From Chitinophagaceae bacterium (lineage in GTDB: Bacteria; Bacteroidota; Bacteroidia; Chitinophagales; Chitinophagaceae), in contig JAXLUI010000001.1 of NCBI GenBank assembly GCA_046329585.1, positions 168,846-232,845 on the forward strand: DNA of 64,000 nucleotides, written 5' to 3'. Below, piece by piece: positions 29,233 through 38,294 of this stretch; the first letter of the stretch is position 1; every line of letters begins with the position of its first letter. Position numbers and translations under genes: made by a program. The notes under the pieces were generated by a model. It had not been told where the DNA came from, did not search any database, and saw only the letters and a list, made by a program, of their open reading frames with translations.

Positions 29233-30090
29233 ATGGATCTGACAATTAATAAAACGAATGCATCTGAAAAAGCGCTAACCAATGCTTCTTCAAAAAGAAG
29301 TAAAAGCTGGCTAAGTATTTTTCAACCATTTGGAAAAATCAACAAGCAAACAATCATCGTCATGATTGTGCTGCAGGTGATCATCACATTCACCGCATGG
29401 CAAATTACCTCTGACGGTTTGATCCCTAAACCAGTTAATGTGGCAACTGCTTTCGGACAGTTGCTGGCTACCAAATTATTTTGGGACAACATGCTGGTAA
29501 GTTTATCACTAACACTGCAGGCCATGCTGTATTCAATCATCATCACATTGGCGTTTGCATATTTATCAGTGATACCTTTTTTCAAAACCATTGCACAGTT
29601 TATCGTGAAATGCAGGTACTTAACCTTAACCGGTTTGATCTTCATCTTCACCTTACTAACCAAAGATGGAAGTGAATTAAAACTATCACTACTTGTGTTT
29701 GGTATTGTGCCCTTTTTCACCACATCATTTTTATCTGTAATTGTAAACATAGACAAACAGGAATATGAACTGTGTAAAACACTTGGTTACAACAACTGGC
29801 AAACTTTGTATGAAGTGGTCATTGTTGGTAAAGCAGACCAGGTGTTCGAAATACTCCGTCAAAACTTTGCTATTGCCTGGATGATGATCACCATGGTAGA
29901 AGGCTTAAGTATGAGCGAAGGCGGTATTGGTACATTGCTCATAAAGTTCAATAAGTACAATGATATCACAAACGTAGTCGCATTGCAACTCGTCATTTTT
30001 TTGATCGGTTTATTCTTCGACTATTTGTTAGGCATCACAAGACATTGGTTATTTCCTCACAGTAAACTAAAACAACAAACGGCATCATGA
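29233..30090 (+). CDS. ABC transporter permease (NitT/TauT, SsuC/TauC-like)
   Basis: Six TM segments. EAA-like loop ELCKTLGYNNWQTLYEVVIVGKADQVFEI. Confidence 0.75.
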   Translation: MDLTINKTNASEKALTNASSKRSKSWLSIFQPFGKINKQTIIVMIVLQVIITFTAWQITSDGLIPKPVNVATAFGQLLATKLFWDNMLVSLSLTLQAMLYSIIITLAFAYLSVIPFFKTIAQFIVKCRYLTLTGLIFIFTLLTKDGSELKLSLLVFGIVPFFTTSFLSVIVNIDKQEYELCKTLGYNNWQTLYEVVIVGKADQVFEILRQNFAIAWMMITMVEGLSMSEGGIGTLLIKFNKYNDITNVVALQLVIFLIGLFFDYLLGITRHWLFPHSKLKQQTAS

Positions 30091-30881
30091 CAGCACACAT
30101 AAAAACAGATACATTACTCAAAGCAGAAAACATCCATCTCTCTTATGGGGAAAATGTAATTCTGAGAGATATCAATTTTTGTATCAGGGACATTATAAGA
30201 CCTGGCATAAAACAAGGTCAGGTGGTTTCTTTAATCGGAAGAAGCGGAATTGGTAAAACACAATTGTTCAGAATACTGGCAGGTTTGCAAAAGCCAACAT
30301 CCGGTACGGTAGAGTTGAAAAACAAGGAGACGGTAAAAGCCGGCGATATGGGTGTGATCTTCCAGAACTACTATTTATTTGAATGGCGAACAGTATATCA
30401 ATCCTTATTGCTTGCAGCAAAACAAAATGCCGCATTGAAAGGAACAGAAAAAGAAACCATAGACCAATATGCAGATCAGTTCAATTTGAAAGAGGAACTA
30501 AAAAAATATCCGCAACAATTATCGGGCGGGCAAAGACAAAGGGCAAGCATTATTCAGCAACTCTTAAAAGGTTCTGATTTCTTACTGCTCGATGAACCCT
30601 TCTCTGGCCTGGATGTGTGTGTGATAGACAAAGTGACAACTTTACTATTACAAGTATCTCTTTCAGATGAACTGAAAACACTGATTATCGTGTCGCATGA
30701 TATTGCAACATCGGTTGCAATTTCAGATACAGTTTGGATTCTTGGTAACGAAACCGGGAAGGACGGCGCTACCATCAAAAAAGAAATTGATTTAATTGAA
30801 AGAGACCTGGCCTGGCGCACAGACATAAAAAAAGATAAGGCATTTAACGAAACAGTGGAAGAAATTAAAGATTGCTTATAA
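30087..30881 (+). CDS. ABC transporter ATP-binding protein
   Basis: Walker A GRSGIGKT, signature LSGGQRQR and Walker B LLLDEPFSGLD. The gene overlaps the permease stop by 4 nt. Confidence 0.8.
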   Translation: MTAHIKTDTLLKAENIHLSYGENVILRDINFCIRDIIRPGIKQGQVVSLIGRSGIGKTQLFRILAGLQKPTSGTVELKNKETVKAGDMGVIFQNYYLFEWRTVYQSLLLAAKQNAALKGTEKETIDQYADQFNLKEELKKYPQQLSGGQRQRASIIQQLLKGSDFLLLDEPFSGLDVCVIDKVTTLLLQVSLSDELKTLIIVSHDIATSVAISDTVWILGNETGKDGATIKKEIDLIERDLAWRTDIKKDKAFNETVEEIKDCL

Positions 30882-30953
30882 AAAGCGAAATAAGTATTTT
30901 AGGCAAACAAGAAACAGATTTTTGCAATCGCTTAGATGCACAAAGTATTAGTC

Positions 30954-30973
30954 GTACAAGAGTGCGACGCAAC
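30954..30973 (-). repeat. Family-1 repeat (reverse)
   Basis: gtacaagagtgcgacgcaac. Confidence 0.8.
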
Positions 30974-31042
30974 CAAAGCTTAATAGGCATTCAACAGGTG
31001 GCTTCAAAGAAGTATACTTAAAAAACTTAAAACAATAACAAC

Positions 31043-32959
31043 ATGAACGCTTATGATTTTTTTATCACCTACTGGTGGATATTGGTATTATTGCTCTTCC
31101 TGGTCTTTTACAAATTCATTCTTCGTGTATTCTTTGGCATGGTGATCGTTCCCGAGAACAGGATTGGACTCGTTACCAAAAAGTTTGTATTGGTTGGTTC
31201 CAACCGTGAACTACCCGATGGCAGAATCATCGCCACCAAAGGCGAGGCAGGTTTCCAGGCCAAAACATTGGCACCGGGTTTATACTGGAGTATGTGGCCA
31301 TGGCAATACGGTGTGGATATGCAACCCTTTACGATTATTCCCGAAGGAAAAATCGGGCTTGTACTCAGTAAGGACGGCGCTGAAATACCAACAGGCCGCA
31401 TATTGGCGCGGCGTGTTGAGTGCGACAATTTCCAGGATGCGCAGAAGTTCCTGGAAAACGGCGGACAGCGTGGCCGGCAGACTGCCTACGTAACGGCAGG
31501 CTCGTATCGTATAAACAACTATTTATTTGATGTTACCATTACCGACCAGGTGATCATTCATGAAAATATGGTAGGCATCGTAACCGCACTGGACGGCGAA
31601 CCAATTCCACAGGGGCAAATTGCGGGCAGTAATGTGGAAGGCCACAATAACTTCCAGGACATTGACACATTTATGAACAAAGGCGGCTGCCGCGGTTTGC
31701 AGCCACAGGTAATCCTGGCCGGTAGCTATTATATTAATCCATGGGCCGTGCAGATTGAAGAAACACCCATGACCGATGTGCCCATTGGTTATGTTGGCGT
31801 GGTAATCAGTTATATTGGTGAGGATGGAAAAGACCTTACCGGCGAAACTTTTAAACATGGCAATATCGTAAGCAAAGGTTTTCGCGGTGTTTGGATGGAG
31901 CCGATGGGTCCCGGTAAATACCCGGTTAACAAATACACCATGAAAGTGGAACTTGTGCCTACAACCAACCTTGTATTAAACTGGGCCAATGCAAGAAGTG
32001 AAGCGCATATGCTGGATAAAAACTTATCTACGATTACAGTGCGCAGTAAAGACGGTTTCCCTTTTAATCTTGATGTGGCGCAAATCATTCACATACCTGC
32101 AACCGAGGCGCCAAAAGTAATCGCCCGTTTTGGAAGTATGGGAAACCTCGTAAGCCAGGTGCTGGAACCTACTATCGGCAACTATTTCAGGAACTCGGCG
32201 CAGGACAGTGATGTGATCAGCTTCTTGAGCACACGTAAAGAAAGGCAAAGCTCTGCCAAAGAACATATTAAGGCAGTGCTTGACGATTATAATGTAAATG
32301 CTGTTGATACCCTGATCGGCGATATCGTTCCTCCTGAAGCTTTAATGAAAACGCTGACTGACAGGAAGATCGCCGAGGAGCAACAAAAGACTTACCAGAC
32401 ACAACGTATCGCGCAGGAACAAAGGCAAGGCGTGGAAAAAGAAACCGCTATTGCCGATATGCAAAAAGAGATCGTGAAAGCGCAACAGAATGTGGAAATA
32501 TCTCAGCGCACTGCCGATGCCACTGTTAAAAAAGCAGAAGGTGATGCCAAGAGTGTGGTACTCCAGGTTGATGCAGAAGCCAACGCAACAAAAATGCGCG
32601 CCAACGCTGAGGCTGAAGCTACCAGGATGAGAGCAGGTGCACAGGCGGAAGCCACTAAGCTTAATGCCAGCGCCGATGCGGAACGCATCAGCAAAACAGG
32701 TCTCGCTGAAGCGGAAAAAATTATGGCCATAGGTAAATCCACCGCCGAAGCTTATGAACTACAGGTTAAAGCAATGGGTGGCGATAACTTTACGCGCTTT
32801 AAGATCACTGAAGAAATTGGGAAGGGCAATATTAAAATTATACCCGACATTCTCATCGGTGGCGGCAATGGTGCCGCCGATGGAAGCCTCAGCGGCTTGA
32901 TGGGCTTGCAGCTTTTGCAAATGCTGCAGGAGAAAAAGCAGGCTGAAAAGCAAAACTAA
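31043..32959 (+). CDS. SPFH/band-7 (flotillin-like) membrane protein with N-terminal tandem repeats and a C-terminal Ala/Glu-rich coiled coil
   Basis: N-terminal TM. Three or four roughly 60-aa internal repeats (pattern IGxV...G..P.G.I......F.....GG.RG.Q...AGSY.IN). SPFH core (TITVRSKDGFPFNLDVAQIIHI...). EA-rich tail (AEANATKMRANAEAEATRMRAGAQAEATKLNASADAE). Confidence 0.65.
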   Translation: MNAYDFFITYWWILVLLLFLVFYKFILRVFFGMVIVPENRIGLVTKKFVLVGSNRELPDGRIIATKGEAGFQAKTLAPGLYWSMWPWQYGVDMQPFTIIPEGKIGLVLSKDGAEIPTGRILARRVECDNFQDAQKFLENGGQRGRQTAYVTAGSYRINNYLFDVTITDQVIIHENMVGIVTALDGEPIPQGQIAGSNVEGHNNFQDIDTFMNKGGCRGLQPQVILAGSYYINPWAVQIEETPMTDVPIGYVGVVISYIGEDGKDLTGETFKHGNIVSKGFRGVWMEPMGPGKYPVNKYTMKVELVPTTNLVLNWANARSEAHMLDKNLSTITVRSKDGFPFNLDVAQIIHIPATEAPKVIARFGSMGNLVSQVLEPTIGNYFRNSAQDSDVISFLSTRKERQSSAKEHIKAVLDDYNVNAVDTLIGDIVPPEALMKTLTDRKIAEEQQKTYQTQRIAQEQRQGVEKETAIADMQKEIVKAQQNVEISQRTADATVKKAEGDAKSVVLQVDAEANATKMRANAEAEATRMRAGAQAEATKLNASADAERISKTGLAEAEKIMAIGKSTAEAYELQVKAMGGDNFTRFKITEEIGKGNIKIIPDILIGGGNGAADGSLSGLMGLQLLQMLQEKKQAEKQN

Positions 32960-32978
32960 ATTTCATTGCTCATGCAAA

Positions 32979-33007
32979 GCCGCTCAGCGTACCGGGCGGT
33001 TTTTTTG
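32979..33007 (+). terminator. Weak candidate terminator after the SPFH gene
   Basis: Short GC stem (CCGC...GCGG) followed by TTTTTT. Confidence 0.3.
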
Positions 33008-33110
33008 TTGGTATTATATGATAAGGGTCTTCTTAGACTGCCGGCAAAGCTTTCGCGTTTTATAAGGCTTGTATCGGAAGAGTTCATTAAAACAGCTTAT
33101 TTTCGGCGCT

Positions 33111-34082
33111 ATGAAAATGCTGTTTATTACCCTGCTCGTTTTGCTTTGCAAAGGGCTTTGTGCGCAGAACAAGATTACTTCAGGAAATCCAGTTATCAAA
33201 GGATGGTATGCAGACCCTGAAGCCATCATCATCAACAGTGAATATTGGATATACCCAACCTGGTCTGATGTATATGAGAAACAGGTTTTCTTTGATGCAT
33301 TCTCTTCACCTGATCTTATTACGTGGACAAAGCACAGTAAAGTACTCGATACATCCAACGTAAAATGGGCAAGGCGTGCAGTATGGGCACCGGCTATCGT
33401 AGAGAAGGGCGGAAAATATTATTTATTCTTTGGCGCCAACGATATTCAGAACAACAATGAATACGGTGGAATTGGTGTTGCCGTTGCCGACCATCCGGAA
33501 GGGCCTTTTAAAGACCTGATCGGCAAACCGCTTATTGATAAATTCTACAACGGTGCTCAGCCAATAGATCAGTTTGTTTTTAAAGATACAGACGGGAAAT
33601 ACTACATCATTTACGGCGGGTGGCGGCACTGCAACATTGCAAGGCTTAATAATGACTTCACAGGCTTTATACCATTTGAAGATGGCGCAACCTTTAAAGA
33701 AATAACGCCCGAAAATTATGTGGAAGGGCCTATGATGTTTATAAAAAACAATAAGTATTATTTCATGTGGAGCGAAGGCGGGTGGACAGGGCCTGATTAT
33801 TCTGTTGCCTATGCCGTAGCCGATTCTCCGTTCGGGCCTTTCGAGAGAGTCGGCAAAATATTACAACAGGATTCGGCGATTGCCACCGGTGCGGGTCATC
33901 ATTCTATCATACATAACACGCAGAAAGATCTTTGGTATATTATTTATCACAGGCGGCCAATCGGAGAAACAGCTGCCAACCACCGCGTTACCTGCATAGA
34001 GCAAATGTTCTTTGATGAAAAAGGTTTGATTAAAACGGTAAAGCTCACCAACGAAGGCGTGCAGCGGCAGCCATTAAAATAA
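33111..34082 (+). CDS. Glycoside hydrolase family 43 (beta-xylosidase / alpha-L-arabinofuranosidase-like), secreted
   Basis: Signal peptide MKMLFITLLVLLCKGLCAQ. GH43 N-terminal catalytic region GWYADPEAI and five-bladed propeller motifs (WAPAIV, YYLFFG, YYIIYGG). Confidence 0.8.
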   Translation: MKMLFITLLVLLCKGLCAQNKITSGNPVIKGWYADPEAIIINSEYWIYPTWSDVYEKQVFFDAFSSPDLITWTKHSKVLDTSNVKWARRAVWAPAIVEKGGKYYLFFGANDIQNNNEYGGIGVAVADHPEGPFKDLIGKPLIDKFYNGAQPIDQFVFKDTDGKYYIIYGGWRHCNIARLNNDFTGFIPFEDGATFKEITPENYVEGPMMFIKNNKYYFMWSEGGWTGPDYSVAYAVADSPFGPFERVGKILQQDSAIATGAGHHSIIHNTQKDLWYIIYHRRPIGETAANHRVTCIEQMFFDEKGLIKTVKLTNEGVQRQPLK

Positions 34083-34126
34083 ACAAGCAGTCTTTTGGGC
34101 CGGCTGTAATGCTGCTATCATCACCT

Positions 34127-34146
34127 GTTGCGTCGCACACTTGTAC
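34127..34146 (+). repeat. Family-1 repeat (forward, perfect), left arm of the 218-bp pair
   Basis: GTTGCGTCGCACACTTGTAC. Confidence 0.85.
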
Positions 34147-34324
34147 TTACACTACTCTACGGGGCAGCTTAACGGCCGGGGACTAATAACATGCAAAGAT
34201 TCGCAGAAATGATTCGGTATTACACCCTGTGCGACTTATCTCGGCCACGTAAAAATTCCATCACCTGACATATAATGCAAACCTTTTGTGTTGAAAATCC
34301 CAATTGCCCATTTACAAATAGAAC

Positions 34325-34344
34325 GCGCAAGGGTGCGACGCAAC
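34325..34344 (-). repeat. Family-1 repeat (reverse, variant), right arm
   Basis: gcgcaagggtgcgacgcaac. Confidence 0.7.
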
Positions 34345-34432
34345 CACAGTTGCCACATGCAATGCAGATCGCTAACAAAAAAATAAAAGCCTCTAAGCGG
34401 TAATACTTATATTTATTTTTCAAAACAACTAC

Positions 34433-36106
34433 ATGAGAAAATATCTTCTGCTGCTGCTCATCCCGGCAATGCATGCCTGTAACAACAACGCAACTACGTA
34501 CGACACGATTATCCGCAACGCCATGATCTATGATGGTAACGGAGGGGCTCCATACAAAGGCGATATTGCCATTAACGCCGATACCATCGCCGCAATGGGC
34601 GACCTGGGCAGCAGCAAAGGCAAAGAAGAAATTGACGCAAAGGGAATGGCAGTAGCGCCCGGCTTCAGCAACATGATGGGCCATTCGGAAGAAACATTAT
34701 TTGAAGATAACCGCGGATTGAGCGATGTTAAACAAGGCGTAACAATGGAAGTTTTCGGCGAATCAAGCTTTGCACCATTGAACGCTACCATGAAAAAGCA
34801 AATGCAGGAAGGCCAGGGCGATATTAAATACAACGTAAGCTGGAATACACTTGGCGAATACATGAACGCCCTTGAAAAGAAAGGCATTGCTCTGAACATT
34901 TCCTCGTTTGTGGGCACAGGCACAATAAGGCAATACGTGATCGGCGAAGGCAATGTTGCACCAACGGCGCAGCAGCTCGACAGTATGAAAATGCTGGTTG
35001 ACCAGGCAATGGAAGAAGGCGCCCTTGGCGTTACCAATGCACTCATTTACCCGCCCGATTTTTTTGCAAAAACCGATGAACTGATCGCATTGTCAAAAGA
35101 AGCATCGAAATATGGCGGCACTTATTCCAGCCATATGCGCAGCGAAGGCAACAGGTTTGTGGAAGCGGTTAACGAGATCATCACCATTTCAAAAGAAGCA
35201 AACATTCCTGTACATATTTACCACCTGAAAGCGGCCGGCAAAGACAACTGGAATAAGATGGACAGCGTGATAAAAATGGTGAATGATGCAAGAGCAGCCG
35301 GCATGCCGATTACTGCTGACATGTACACTTATCTTGCCGGCGCAACAGGGTTAACTTCCTCCTTCCCTCCTACTTTGCAGGATGGCGGCTTTGGTAAACT
35401 ATGGGAGCGCTTGCACGATCCTGCAATAAGAAAACAAATGGCCACAGCAATGAACACCAATGCCAATGACTGGGAAAACCTGTACTACGGCTGCGGTGGC
35501 GCAGAGCACGTGCTGATGCTTGGATTCAAACAGGATTCACTTAAAAAATACACCGGTAAAACTTTGGCCGAAGTGGCAAAAATGCACGGCAAGTCACCTG
35601 AAGAAACAGCCATGGATTTGATCATCGCCGACAGCACAAGAGTGGGCGTCGCCTACTTCTTAATGAACGAAGACAACGTGAAAAAACAAGTCGCCCAACC
35701 ATGGGTAAGCTTTGGCTCCGACGAAGGTTCCTATAATCCTGCAGACACGGTGTTTATGAAATCACAACCACATCCACGGGCATATGGAAACTTTGCAAGG
35801 GTACTCGGCCATTACTCAAGAGACGAAAAGGTGCTTACCTTACAGCAAGCCATTTACCAGTTGGCCAAGCTGCCGGTAGAAACACTGAAAATAAAAAAGC
35901 GCGGCGAACTGAAAGTGGGCAATTATGCTGATATCATCATCTTCGATCCGGCAAAAGTAAATGACCTTGCTACTTACGATAAACCTGCACAACTGGCCAC
36001 CGGCATGATCGATGTATTTGTAAACGGCAAACTCATTTTAAAAGAAGGCGAACCGACCAATGCAACACCGGGACGATTTGTAAAGGGACCGGGATACAAA
36101 CAATAG
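34433..36106 (+). CDS. N-acyl-D-amino-acid deacylase (D-aminoacylase), amidohydrolase superfamily
   Basis: Signal/lipobox-like N-terminus. D-aminoacylase-like layout (IIRNAMIYDGNG...GFSNMMGHSE...HMRSEG...HIYHLKAAG). Confidence 0.7.
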   Translation: MRKYLLLLLIPAMHACNNNATTYDTIIRNAMIYDGNGGAPYKGDIAINADTIAAMGDLGSSKGKEEIDAKGMAVAPGFSNMMGHSEETLFEDNRGLSDVKQGVTMEVFGESSFAPLNATMKKQMQEGQGDIKYNVSWNTLGEYMNALEKKGIALNISSFVGTGTIRQYVIGEGNVAPTAQQLDSMKMLVDQAMEEGALGVTNALIYPPDFFAKTDELIALSKEASKYGGTYSSHMRSEGNRFVEAVNEIITISKEANIPVHIYHLKAAGKDNWNKMDSVIKMVNDARAAGMPITADMYTYLAGATGLTSSFPPTLQDGGFGKLWERLHDPAIRKQMATAMNTNANDWENLYYGCGGAEHVLMLGFKQDSLKKYTGKTLAEVAKMHGKSPEETAMDLIIADSTRVGVAYFLMNEDNVKKQVAQPWVSFGSDEGSYNPADTVFMKSQPHPRAYGNFARVLGHYSRDEKVLTLQQAIYQLAKLPVETLKIKKRGELKVGNYADIIIFDPAKVNDLATYDKPAQLATGMIDVFVNGKLILKEGEPTNATPGRFVKGPGYKQ

Positions 36107-36141
36107 CGCTAAACATAATTATCTTTCAACAACCCACACTA

Positions 36142-36185
36142 AAGCTGCTGCGCGGTTCAACCGGAATGTGCAGCAGCTTGTTTTC
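36142..36185 (+). terminator. Intrinsic terminator or attenuator between the D-aminoacylase and permease genes
   Basis: Perfect 10-bp stem AAGCTGCTGC / GCAGCAGCTT. The loop contains a nested CGGTT-c-AACCG. It is followed by GTTTTCAAAAT. Confidence 0.55.
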
Positions 36186-36193
36186 AAAATAAA

Positions 36194-37633
36194 ATGAGTA
36201 AAGAACAACCCATCGCTGCAGCAAACGGAACACAGGGCACCACTGATAAAACAAAGCTTTCGCTCAACCGGGTATTCGGACTTGGCACAGGCATACTAAT
36301 GGTCGCCGGTCTTATGATCGGTTCGGGCGTATTCAAAAAAATAGCCCCGATGGCGGCCACAGGCCTCAATGAAACAGAGATACTGCTGGCGTGGATCACT
36401 GCCGGTATTTTTACAATGTTTGGCGCGTTTACCATTGCCGGCATGGCAACCATTACTTCAGAGTCTGGCGGTGTTTATGAATACCTGAGGATTTCGATGG
36501 GCAACTTTTTCTCCTTTCTTTTCGGATGGATCGTCTTTGCCATCATGGGTAGCGGGTCAATTGCCGCACTTGCTTTTGTATTTGCGCAATCACTCAATAC
36601 GCTTGTTCATATACCCGATCCTTTGTTTGCATTGAAAGATGTTTCAATAGGCAATTTTATTACGCCATTTGCCAGCTCTGGCGTAAAGATGGTAGCGATC
36701 GTTTCTATCGGCGTGCTTACATGGGTAAATTATATGGGCACAAAAAATGGCGGCCTTGTGAACAACATCGTGACCAGTGCCAAAATACTCGGCATTTTAT
36801 TGTTGATCATCCTGGGTGTCTTTCATCAAACCCCGGCTGAAGCGTCCGCCGCGGTAAATACGCCTGTTGATACAACCTTCTCCGGCACTTCTGTATTTGT
36901 TGCATTCTTTGGGGCCATGCTCAGTTCGCTTTGGGCGTACGATGGCTGGGCATATATGAGCAGTGTCACCGGTGAAATAAAAAACCCAACACGTAACGTC
37001 CCCATCGCTATTGTGTCAGGCGTTGGCATTGCCATGTTTTTGTACGTATCGCTGAATTATGCTTTTATGCAGGTGCTGCCGCTCAGCGAACTCGCAGCCA
37101 TCGATGAAAACCATATCGCTGCCGCGGCAGTTGCAGGAGCAGTGATGGGCAAAGCAGGCACGGTGGTAATTTCCGTGCTGATCATGATCTGCACATTCGG
37201 CGCATTGAATGCCTGCATACTCGTGTATCCGCGTATCTATTACCGCATGGCGCAGGAAGGCTTTTTCTTTAAAAAAGCGGCAAATGTTCATCCTGAATTC
37301 CGCACACCGTATAAGGCGCTTGTTTACTCTATGGTTTGGAGTATCATACTAACCATTTCCGGAACCTTCGACATGCTCACCAACCTCGTGGTGTTTTCCG
37401 GTTTTCTCTTTTGGATATTAATGTCCGCAGGCTTGCTGACGCTAAAAAGAAAAGGCATCATTACCGCTAAAGTTATAGGGTATCCCGTTGTGCAAATACT
37501 TTTCCTGCTTTTCTCGCTTGTGCTTATTATCAATACCGCTATCGTGCAGCCTTTGCAGTCTTTTACAGGTTTGCTGCTGCTGTTAAGCGGCGTTCCGTTT
37601 TATCTCTATTTTACAAAGAAATACAGGAGCTAG
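36194..37633 (+). CDS. Amino acid permease (APC superfamily)
   Basis: A 479-aa protein with 12 predicted TM helices. APC-like motifs (GSGVFKK, FAGMATITSESGGVYEY). Confidence 0.8.
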   Translation: MSKEQPIAAANGTQGTTDKTKLSLNRVFGLGTGILMVAGLMIGSGVFKKIAPMAATGLNETEILLAWITAGIFTMFGAFTIAGMATITSESGGVYEYLRISMGNFFSFLFGWIVFAIMGSGSIAALAFVFAQSLNTLVHIPDPLFALKDVSIGNFITPFASSGVKMVAIVSIGVLTWVNYMGTKNGGLVNNIVTSAKILGILLLIILGVFHQTPAEASAAVNTPVDTTFSGTSVFVAFFGAMLSSLWAYDGWAYMSSVTGEIKNPTRNVPIAIVSGVGIAMFLYVSLNYAFMQVLPLSELAAIDENHIAAAAVAGAVMGKAGTVVISVLIMICTFGALNACILVYPRIYYRMAQEGFFFKKAANVHPEFRTPYKALVYSMVWSIILTISGTFDMLTNLVVFSGFLFWILMSAGLLTLKRKGIITAKVIGYPVVQILFLLFSLVLIINTAIVQPLQSFTGLLLLLSGVPFYLYFTKKYRS

Positions 37634-37716
37634 GATCAAATCGGCGATCTTTTGAAAGCATTTTTTTGAAGCATCAAAATATTATGAACCCGGCGACAGA
37701 TCGCCATGCAGCTTCC

Positions 37717-37736
37717 GTTGCGTCGCACTCTTGTGC
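37717..37736 (+). repeat. Family-1 repeat (forward variant)
   Basis: gttgcgtcgcactcttgtgc. Confidence 0.8.
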
Positions 37737-37827
37737 TTTACAACCATTGGGAACAGGGCGGCGATGTTACCGGGTCAAAAATTACAATCTGGGCAAGTCA
37801 GTATAATATATTAAATTTGATTCTGTT

Positions 37828-38196
37828 CTGCAAGACACCAGTCCTACAGTTATGAAGATCCTGCGCCTTTGGCCGGAACTAATTATTACAGGTTAACCAC
37901 GGTAACATCAGATGGCAGCAACGTAACCTCAAATGTGCTGGCAATAGAAAATAGTATTAGTGCAGCTATAAAAATATATCCCAATCCTGTAAGAAACAAT
38001 TTACAAATAGAGGGATTATCCGCTACACAAAAAAACAATGCTTAGTATTACAGACCTGAGCGGCAACAGAAGAGTTGCTGCTACAGTAACAGCCAGCACA
38101 TATAACTGGAATATCAGTCAAATAAAAACAGGCAGTTATATTTTGAAAGTACAAAACGGTGATAAGGTTGTCACCCGCCTGTTTATGAAGGAATAA
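37828..38196 (+). pseudogene. 3' remnant of a T9SS cargo gene: a complete Por-secretion C-terminal sorting domain that lacks its upstream gene body and is split by a homopolymer frameshift
   Basis: Frame A reads NYYRLTTVTSDGSNVTSNVLAIENSISAAIKIYPNPVRNNLQIEGLSATQKNNA and then a stop. A +1 shift in the A7 run (about 38026-38032) continues LSITDLSGNRRVAATVTASTYNWNISQIKTGSYILKVQNGDKVVTRLFMKE. No upstream ORF is present. Confidence 0.5.
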
Positions 38197-38218
38197 TCTC
38201 CTGAATTGTATTCCCTTA

Positions 38219-38238
38219 GTTGAAGTGAGTGACACAAC
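38219..38238 (-). repeat. Family-2 repeat (variant 5' end)
   Basis: gttgaagtgagtgacacaac. Confidence 0.75.
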
Positions 38239-38294
38239 AGCAGCCCAATAGCAGCATTAAAGCTGGCGCCCAAAAAAACTTTTTACAAAGGTGG

